Below, in pieces: positions 1 through 5,282 of a stretch of DNA of 5,282 nt (positions are counted from its first letter, which is position 1; each line of letters opens with the position of its first letter). Location: IMG/VR virus record IMGVR_UViG_2740892019_000008; one strand, given 5' to 3'. This stretch comes from a virus (taxonomy: Duplodnaviria; Heunggongvirae; Uroviricota; Caudoviricetes). The notes below the pieces were generated by a model. That model ran no database searches, was not told where the DNA came from, and was given only the letters and a program-made list of their open reading frames with translations. A program made the translations under genes and the position numbers.

Positions 1-1383
1 GCAGACCGCGCAGAAGCCGCAGCGGAAGTGACTGCAGAGCCCTGTGCGAATATAGTGCCGCCGCTGCCCGATGTGTGGATACCGTTTAATGATTCACTGG
101 ATATGATTACGGGCTTTTCGCCATCATATAAAAAAATTGTTATTGGCGACGATGAAATAACAATGCCTGGCGACAAGATTGTAAAGTTTAAACGCGCATC
201 GAAAGCAACTTACATTAATAAATCTGGTGTGCTGACAGAGGCTGCCATTGACGAGCCACGATTTGAACGTGATGGCCTGCTTATTGAGGGGCAAAGAACT
301 AACCTGCTAATCAATTCAACAAATCCGACTAAATGGAACAAGTCGTCAAATATGATCTTAAGTGCATCAGGTGTAGATGATTTCGGATTCCAGTACGCAA
401 AATTTACATTAAAACCAGAAATGGTAGGGCAAATTTCAGCGATTAACATAGTAACCGTTTCCGGCAGTAAAGGTTTTGATGTAACAGGCGGAGAAAAGTA
501 TGTAACCATATCATGCAGGGTGCAAAGTGGCACTCCAAATTTAAGATGCCGATTACGATTTGAAAACTATGATGGTTCTACCTACACATTCTTAGGTGAC
601 GCTTACTTAAATACGACAGATTTATCTATTGATAAGACGGGTGGTGCCGCTAATCGCATTACTGCAAGGGCTGTTAAAGATGAAGCAAGCAAATGGATCT
701 TTTTTGAGGCGACAATTAAGGCACTTGATACAGAAAATATGATAGGTGGAATGGTTCAGTATGCCCCGGCAAAAGGAGTGGGCACTGGCGCGGATGATTA
801 TATTTATATTGCGACCCCTCAAGTTGAAGGTGGGGCGTGCGCTTCATCGTTTATTATAACAGGCGCATCCCCTGTAACACGCGCCAGCGATATTGTAACG
901 GTCCCCATTTCTCTAAATTGGTGCAATCCCGCTATTAGTTCATTAGCAGAAGTTAATACCAATTGGGATGAATCGCCAAACAAAGAAGGTAGCGCACGTA
1001 TTCTTAATATTTCCACTACGGGAGATACAACTGAAATTGCAGATGAAAGTTATATGTATTTGGGGTATACATCTTTGGGAGCACGCGCAATCATTACAAA
1101 TGGTAAAGGCACTAAAATAGAATATAAAAGCGTTATAGAACGACCAGAGAGAAAAAGCATTATCGGCTTTAGATTCACAGAAAGTCGAGAATTGTGTGTT
1201 GTGGTTAACGGTAATATTGGTGCTAAGGTAGTTTCTCCTTATAAAAAACACAAATATACAGGAGGCTTCATTAATATTGGTGGTCAATCATCATCCGGCA
1301 ACCGTCACCTATTTGGACACGTTCGAAATCTGCGTATTTGGCACAAGGCATTGACTGATGCTCAGATGGGGGAGTCAATCTAA
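1..1383 (+). CDS. Phage tail fibre / receptor-binding protein, C-terminal part (5'-truncated at window edge), ending in a LamG/concanavalin-A-like domain
   Basis: The frame of the 28..1383 ORF is open back to position 1 with no stop. The GTG at 28 has no usable spacing to a Shine-Dalgarno and the first in-frame ATG (103) has none, so the gene most likely starts upstream of the window. The C-terminus (...GNRHLFGHVRNLRIWHKALTDAQM) resembles the conserved end of LamG-type lectin-like domains common in phage receptor-binding proteins. The stop TAA overlaps the next gene's ATG (TAATG at 1381..1385). Product call is by motif recognition and context only. Confidence 0.6.
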   Translation, partial: ADRAEAAAEVTAEPCANIVPPLPDVWIPFNDSLDMITGFSPSYKKIVIGDDEITMPGDKIVKFKRASKATYINKSGVLTEAAIDEPRFERDGLLIEGQRTNLLINSTNPTKWNKSSNMILSASGVDDFGFQYAKFTLKPEMVGQISAINIVTVSGSKGFDVTGGEKYVTISCRVQSGTPNLRCRLRFENYDGSTYTFLGDAYLNTTDLSIDKTGGAANRITARAVKDEASKWIFFEATIKALDTENMIGGMVQYAPAKGVGTGADDYIYIATPQVEGGACASSFIITGASPVTRASDIVTVPISLNWCNPAISSLAEVNTNWDESPNKEGSARILNISTTGDTTEIADESYMYLGYTSLGARAIITNGKGTKIEYKSVIERPERKSIIGFRFTESRELCVVVNGNIGAKVVSPYKKHKYTGGFINIGGQSSSGNRHLFGHVRNLRIWHKALTDAQMGESI

Positions 1384-1664
1384 TGAAAGATTTAACACTC
1401 AAATTTGCCGACAGGGCCGACTTTTCGGCCTTTATGGGAAGTATTGGCTATTATAATGACGAGTCGATGCAGGATGATATTCTGATTGATGTGATAGGTA
1501 ACGTGTACAAAGAAACCGGAGAGCTGACTGAAGATGGCGAACCGGTATGTGTTAAGGAAGATGGATATTTTGTAAACGTGCGCATCATTAAGGATACGCA
1601 AATATCGTCATTATTCGATGAATACGCGGTTGCTGTTGAGCATAAACTTCGTGGCTGGATGTGA
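1383..1664 (+). CDS. Hypothetical small acidic protein (93 aa), translationally coupled to the tail-fibre gene
   Basis: ATG at 1383 overlaps the upstream stop, with GGAG at 1371..1374 as Shine-Dalgarno. The protein is rich in D/E and has no transmembrane segment. Its position between a fibre gene and an S74-domain gene suggests a fibre assembly or adaptor role, but no recognisable motif supports that. Confidence 0.55.
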   Translation: MKDLTLKFADRADFSAFMGSIGYYNDESMQDDILIDVIGNVYKETGELTEDGEPVCVKEDGYFVNVRIIKDTQISSLFDEYAVAVEHKLRGWM

Positions 1665-1673
1665 GGTAGAGAA

Positions 1674-2378
1674 ATGGCTACATCAACAGTAATTCCGGGA
1701 GACATCACCACGCTGAAGGGAGATGTTAGTAAAGCAAAGGAAGATATTTCCTCTATTAACGGAAAAGTATCAACGCTTCAGACTGATATGGCCAGTGCAA
1801 AGCAGGATATCAGCACCAGATACACAAAAACTGAAGTTGATAATAAGCTGAAAAACAAAGTGGAAGTGAACGATCTGGAAAGTGGTCGTTATGGCGGAGA
1901 TTTTTACCCGCTGACTGGCCGTGAAGCGTTTTATTTATGGGGATTGGGCACAACTACAGCGGCGGCAAATCTTTATCTTAATCCTGACCCTGCAATTTCG
2001 TCTGTGCTGCGGTCAACATCGTCTATCCGCTATAAACATTCAGTAGAGACGATAGATTCAGAGCACGCCGATCTCATTTTCAGGATGCGCCCTGTGTGGT
2101 ACAGGTCGCAATGCGAAAATGACAGGCGTGACTGGGGATTCTATGGATTGATTGCCGAGGAAGTTGGAGAAATTGCCCCTCAGTTTGTTCACTGGCGACC
2201 AGCCAACGAAGATGATGCACCGGAAACCATTTCCAGCAATGGCCTTGTTGCCGAAGGTGTAATGTACGAACGTCTGGTTGTTCCACTGATTCACCATATC
2301 CAGAAGCTGACTGAAAGAGTTGATGAACTTGAGTCAGAATTAAAGTTGTTATCCGTTTCCCGAAGCGATATCGGATAA
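1674..2378 (+). CDS. Short tail-fibre-like protein with C-terminal peptidase S74 intramolecular-chaperone (auto-cleaving) domain
   Basis: GAGG at 1663..1666 lies 7 nt before the ATG at 1674. The N-terminal ~60 aa carry two copies of a K-x-D-[VI]-S-x-AK-x-DIS motif typical of fibre repeats. From about residue 116 the sequence fits the S74 chaperone domain (PF13884-like): S116-S-I-R-Y-K121 matches the S-[DS]-x-R-x-K Ser/Lys dyad motif (codons at 2019..2036), followed by WGFYGLIAEEVGEIAPQFV and a C-terminal coiled coil (ERVDELESELKLL). Confidence 0.75.
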   Translation: MATSTVIPGDITTLKGDVSKAKEDISSINGKVSTLQTDMASAKQDISTRYTKTEVDNKLKNKVEVNDLESGRYGGDFYPLTGREAFYLWGLGTTTAAANLYLNPDPAISSVLRSTSSIRYKHSVETIDSEHADLIFRMRPVWYRSQCENDRRDWGFYGLIAEEVGEIAPQFVHWRPANEDDAPETISSNGLVAEGVMYERLVVPLIHHIQKLTERVDELESELKLLSVSRSDIG

Positions 2379-2388
2379 AGGAGGAGTA

Positions 2389-2676
2389 ATGGATATAACA
2401 CCTTTTCTTCATGCGCTTTGTGCTGTGGCGGCGCAGGTACTGATTGGCCTTTTTACCGGAAACTGGATTTACGGGGCGATAGCCGGTTGTACGTTCTTCA
2501 TTGCGCGGGAACACACCCAAGCAGAATATCGCTGGATTGAAATGTTCGGGCATGGCAAGCGGATTAACATGCCGTGGTGGGGCGGTTTTGATACGCGCGT
2601 GTGGGATATGGCAAGTCTGATGGATTTTGCTGTGCCGGTGGTGGCGTGTTTACTTGTATTTATATTTTTTGAATAA
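2389..2676 (+). CDS. Hypothetical small membrane protein (95 aa, about three predicted transmembrane segments)
   Basis: Strong Shine-Dalgarno AAGGAGGA at 2379..2386, then ATG at 2389. Three hydrophobic stretches (FLHALCAVAAQVLIGLF, WIYGAIAGCTFFIA, FAVPVVACLLVFIFF). It is the last gene of the + strand operon and is followed immediately by a hairpin terminator. No lipobox or signal peptide is evident. Confidence 0.6.
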   Translation: MDITPFLHALCAVAAQVLIGLFTGNWIYGAIAGCTFFIAREHTQAEYRWIEMFGHGKRINMPWWGGFDTRVWDMASLMDFAVPVVACLLVFIFFE

Positions 2677-2681
2677 AATTA

Positions 2682-2708
2682 AGACCCCATCTATAACTGA
2701 TGGGGTCT
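2682..2708. terminator. Bidirectional rho-independent terminator between convergent operons
   Basis: Perfect 10-bp inverted repeat AGACCCCATC (2682..2691) and GATGGGGTCT (2699..2708) with a 7-nt loop. A T-rich tract follows on the + strand (2709..2720), and on the - strand the hairpin is followed by TTAATTTTATTC. It sits 6 nt after the 95-aa gene's stop and 17 nt after the sopB stop. Confidence 0.65.
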
Positions 2709-2724
2709 ATTCTATTTTCTGCTA

Positions 2725-3714
2725 TTAGTTATTTTTTACATCGGAAGAATTTCCAAACGCCTCCTCAAGAATAGATTCAATTTTACTCATTAGGTGCGAT
2801 GGTATTTTTCTGTTATCTAATTTTAATGTTGTGAAATTTTTCCCATATTTCGCCACAACACCGTCTCCATATTTCTTTTCCCTTTTCTCTCCATGTGAAT
2901 TGTTTTTCTCAACAATAATGAAATCATGAAGAGCCTGTATTATTCTTTGCGCATCTAAACTTTCACCTGATTTTTTCATCCTCAGCAACTGAGATGCAGC
3001 ATTTTTCATGGCTGCTTCCTGTCCCTGATATGCTTTAAAAAGAGCGTCTCCTGCTCTGGCTGATAACTCACCAGGATGGTTAAATATTGCCAATATATCT
3101 TTAGGTAAACCGGCTGTATTAATACATCGACTGATAATATTTCTATCCACGCCTTCGGCTTCAGCTAAAGATTTTACGTTACCGTCAAATTCATGGAGCC
3201 TTCGCAGGTATCTTTTCCCCCTTTCATAGGCGCTGATAGGTCTATAGTCGTTGCCTATCTGCGATAACCATTGCATTTGTTCATCATCTAAATCGCCAAT
3301 AAGAACACGATAATCGCATCCAGTTATAATGGCTGCTTTACGTCTTCGAGAACCATCAGCTACTTCAACAATACCTGACACTTTTCTTGCGAAAGCCGGA
3401 TTTTGTTGCCCAGAAGTTAGAAAAGATGGAATTAAATCAGCTAGAGAAGATTCATTTAATAAATCTTGATCGCGCTCATTACCTAGCCATACCATTGTTG
3501 CCATTTCTACTTTATCTGCGGGGATCGTCTCTAACTTAAAGTTAACATTACGTCCGCATACTGGCAAAGTTATGCTATTACCGGTTAATGAACTCAGTTG
3601 ACGTTTTAAATCACCAACCATAGGTGATACCGGCTGATGTTCAGGTGCATGATGATTATTACTCATAATGCGATTAATATCCGGAGCATTTTTTAGAAGA
3701 GAGCGTTGTTTCAT
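2725..3714 (-). CDS. sopB: Partition protein SopB (ParB-family centromere-binding protein)
   Basis: The translation closely resembles F-plasmid SopB as recalled from memory (e.g. ...GNSITLPVCGRNVNF..., WLGNERDQDLL, LIPSFLTSGQQNPAFARKVSGIVEVADGSRRRKAAI). The ParB GSRRRKAA arginine-rich box is encoded at 3331..3354. The start ATG overlaps the sopA stop (ATGA at 3711..3714), indicating translational coupling. Confidence 0.9.
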   Translation of the reverse strand: MKQRSLLKNAPDINRIMSNNHHAPEHQPVSPMVGDLKRQLSSLTGNSITLPVCGRNVNFKLETIPADKVEMATMVWLGNERDQDLLNESSLADLIPSFLTSGQQNPAFARKVSGIVEVADGSRRRKAAIITGCDYRVLIGDLDDEQMQWLSQIGNDYRPISAYERGKRYLRRLHEFDGNVKSLAEAEGVDRNIISRCINTAGLPKDILAIFNHPGELSARAGDALFKAYQGQEAAMKNAASQLLRMKKSGESLDAQRIIQALHDFIIVEKNNSHGEKREKKYGDGVVAKYGKNFTTLKLDNRKIPSHLMSKIESILEEAFGNSSDVKNN

Positions 3715-4880
3715 TCTTCGTTCTCCCAGCGAGGTTTTATTAGATCATCAAAAATTTCTCGACAAACAGGATCCCATATAGAGACGGCATTTCTCCATGC
3801 ATTAAGTGTTGAACGCTGGTTTGCCGCTTGTTCAAATACTGTTCGCATTTTTATCTGACCTTTACCTACTTCATCGGTAACGCGTACAACCTGACGTAAT
3901 ACCATTGATCCCCATGTATTTCTTATTTGCTCTTCCATCCATCGTGATTGATTTCCTGTAGTGAGACTATATTTAGTCAGAAGCAAGCGAACGGTCGGCT
4001 CAAATCCGCCTAGGTCAACGCTTTCTAGGAGATCGAGAAGCATTGTGAAAAACTGTAGAACAGAGGCGTAATCAAATAATTCTGCAGGGGTAGCAACAAC
4101 GATAACGTCAGCTGCGCAAACAACGTTAATGGTTCCTGTACCGAGGTTTGGAGCACTATCTATAACGATAACATCGTAGTTATCCCAAACTGATTCTATA
4201 GCTGCGCGTAGCATCAGGTGAGGAGGGTGAGGCAATTTACCCTGAGCATGATATTGCATGAGATCTGTTTCTATACGGTGTAAAGCTAGGCAGCTAGGAA
4301 TAATGTCCAGTCCAGGCCAGCATGTTGGTTTTATAGCATATTCAGCGTTATCGCGTTCGCCTAAGTAAAATGGCAGTAAAGTATCCTCGGCATGGATATG
4401 TAAATCAGGTACATAACCGTGATACATGGAGGCTGTTCCCTGAGGATCGTTACCTTCAACTAAAAGAACACGATGGCCTTGTAATGCTAGCCATTGTGCC
4501 TGATGTACTGCAGACGATGTTTTATAAACGCCGCCTTTGTGTGACATAACAGCAAGCACAACTGGGTTTTTATCTTGTGGCCGTTGGTTTGGGTTGCCAA
4601 AAACAGCTCGCATACTATTGATTTGATCTATGGTATAACCGGCACGACGTTCAACTCTTCCTCTCATTTCAAAGTCAGGTGCAGGTAAACGCCCGTTCTT
4701 CTCAGCATCTCTTATTGCTTGAGGAGTTACACCAATTAAATCTGCTACTTCAGTTATCCCCCATCTACGCGTGATACGCCGAGCTTCAGGACTATCATCA
4801 CCGAATTGAGCGATAGCAATTGCTTTGGTCATTTCTTGACCACGCGTAACACAATCTTGTAATAACTTTTTCAAAGACAT
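3711..4880 (-). CDS. sopA: Partition ATPase SopA (type Ia ParA with N-terminal HTH extension)
   Basis: The translation closely resembles F-plasmid SopA as recalled from memory (EMTKAIAIAQF.DDSPEAR.ITRRW, VLLVEGNDPQGTASMYHG, DLHIHAEDTLLPFYLGE, IKPTCWPGLDIIPSCLALHRIE). A deviant Walker A KGGVYKT is encoded at 4518..4538. The N-terminal ~100 aa before Walker A are typical of autoregulating type Ia ParA proteins. GGAG Shine-Dalgarno (complement of 4889..4892) lies 8 nt before the ATG at 4880. Confidence 0.92.
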   Translation of the reverse strand: MSLKKLLQDCVTRGQEMTKAIAIAQFGDDSPEARRITRRWGITEVADLIGVTPQAIRDAEKNGRLPAPDFEMRGRVERRAGYTIDQINSMRAVFGNPNQRPQDKNPVVLAVMSHKGGVYKTSSAVHQAQWLALQGHRVLLVEGNDPQGTASMYHGYVPDLHIHAEDTLLPFYLGERDNAEYAIKPTCWPGLDIIPSCLALHRIETDLMQYHAQGKLPHPPHLMLRAAIESVWDNYDVIVIDSAPNLGTGTINVVCAADVIVVATPAELFDYASVLQFFTMLLDLLESVDLGGFEPTVRLLLTKYSLTTGNQSRWMEEQIRNTWGSMVLRQVVRVTDEVGKGQIKMRTVFEQAANQRSTLNAWRNAVSIWDPVCREIFDDLIKPRWENEE

Positions 4881-4901
4881 ACTGTCATCTCCAGCTTATA
4901 A

Positions 4902-4979
4902 CTTTGCTTAATAATTATTTCTTTGCATATTTCTAGCAAATTGACATAGAAAAAGCAAAGTAAAACAAAAAACGCAAAG
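4902..4979 (-). promoter_or_regulatory. Putative sopAB promoter/operator with four SopA-type CTTTGC hexamers in dyad-symmetric arrangement
   Basis: On the + strand CTTTGC occurs at 4902..4907 and 4921..4926, and GCAAAG at 4955..4960 and 4974..4979. Each pair is spaced 19 bp, and inner and outer pairs share the same centre (about 4940.5). F SopA is known to autoregulate by binding four CTTTGC motifs in its promoter. Exact -35/-10 elements were not pinned down. Confidence 0.55.
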
Positions 4980-5167
4980 ACGAAGATTTGAGCAAAATCA
5001 TCTTTTGTTTTATCCCTTAAATGCAAAAACAAACAACGACAAGCACATAACAAATTGATAATAAATGCTTTTTTAAAAGAAAGGAAATCGTATAAAACTA
5101 GGGAAACATGATGAAAATCATCAATGAGATACGTTTCCTCTATTTATTCTCCTAATCCTCACCAACA

Positions 5168-5268
5168 AAAGAACACAATCAAAGATTGTAAAACAACAAT
5201 AATAATGCACACAAAATAAAGAACACAAATACAGAAAGCAACAACACAATAAAAACAAGATAACACAA
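5168..5268 (+). repeat. A/C-rich, strand-asymmetric tract with direct repeats (AAAGAACACAA twice, AACACAA four times)
   Basis: AAAGAACACAA at 5168..5178 and 5218..5228. The core AACACAA starts at 5172, 5222, 5243 and 5262 (spacings 50, 21, 19 bp). The + strand here has almost no G or T. No ORF is listed in any frame. The tract runs to the window edge and may continue beyond it. Confidence 0.4.
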
Positions 5269-5282
5269 GCTATAAATATTAC

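Noticed and set aside
28-30. GTG at 28 as the true start of the tail-fibre gene
   Set aside because: The frame is open back to position 1 and the only Shine-Dalgarno-like sequence abuts the GTG with no spacer. The gene most likely begins upstream of the window.
210-1287. Four minus-strand ORFs (210..533, 622..822, 819..1016, 943..1287) lying inside the tail-fibre gene
   Set aside because: They are entirely antisense to a long + strand ORF that is well supported by domain content and operon structure. They have no plausible ribosome-binding sites and their translations are low-complexity, so they are most likely spurious.
1415-1430. Palindrome GGCCGA-CTTT-TCGGCC inside the 5' end of the 93-aa gene
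   Set aside because: A single 6-bp-arm palindrome inside coding sequence is easily explained by chance or codon choice (it encodes RADFSA). It does not resemble the F sopC inverted repeat. Noted only as a weak candidate for an mRNA hairpin.
1392-1711. Minus-strand ORFs 1392..1601 and 1451..1711
   Set aside because: Antisense to the coupled + strand genes, with no motif or translation-signal support.
2058-2553. Minus-strand ORFs 2058..2297 and 2080..2553 (157 aa)
   Set aside because: They overlap the S74-domain gene and the membrane-protein gene on the opposite strand and span the intergenic Shine-Dalgarno. The translations are basic and low-complexity with no recognisable domain, so they are most likely artefacts.
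2677-2724. A sopC-type centromere repeat array immediately downstream of sopB
   Set aside because: The 48-bp gap holds only the terminator hairpin. No GGGACC/GGTCCC inverted-repeat motifs or 43-bp tandem repeats were found here or elsewhere in the window.
4941-4946. Consensus TTGACA on the + strand as the -35 of a divergent promoter
   Set aside because: No acceptable -10 hexamer lies 16-18 bp downstream on the + strand. The hexamer is more likely part of the sop operator and promoter architecture on the other strand.
4871-5053. 60-aa minus-strand ORF overlapping the sopA start and the operator region
   Set aside because: It needs a TTG start, overlaps the sopA ribosome-binding site and start out of frame, and its translation simply reflects the AT-rich operator. 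It is not a credible gene.
5160-5282. The A/C-rich tract being a telomere-resolution (telO-like) palindrome itself
   Set aside because: No extended inverted repeat is present within the window, only short direct repeats. At most it could be flanking sequence of such a site.

Overview
This window looks like the junction between a phage tail-fibre module and a plasmid-type partition module, which is the arrangement expected in a phage-plasmid (N15-like or similar); that assignment is inference from gene content only. On the + strand, four tightly packed genes form one operon: a 5'-truncated tail-fibre/receptor-binding protein (1..1383), a 93-aa acidic protein (1383..1664), a 234-aa fibre-like protein ending in a peptidase-S74 intramolecular-chaperone domain (1674..2378), and a 95-aa membrane protein (2389..2676). 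A bidirectional hairpin terminator (2682..2708) separates these from a convergent sopA-sopB (type Ia ParA/ParB) operon on the - strand (3711..4880 and 2725..3714). The most interesting items are the unusually short stand-alone S74 protein, the two small uncharacterised proteins beside it, the absence of a sopC-type centromere array next to sopB, and an A/C-rich repeat tract at the window's right edge. Upstream of sopA there is also a dyad-symmetric set of four CTTTGC hexamers that matches the known SopA operator. No tRNA, rRNA, CRISPR array or IS element was seen. All protein assignments rest on reading the translations and recalling family motifs; no database search or alignment was run.
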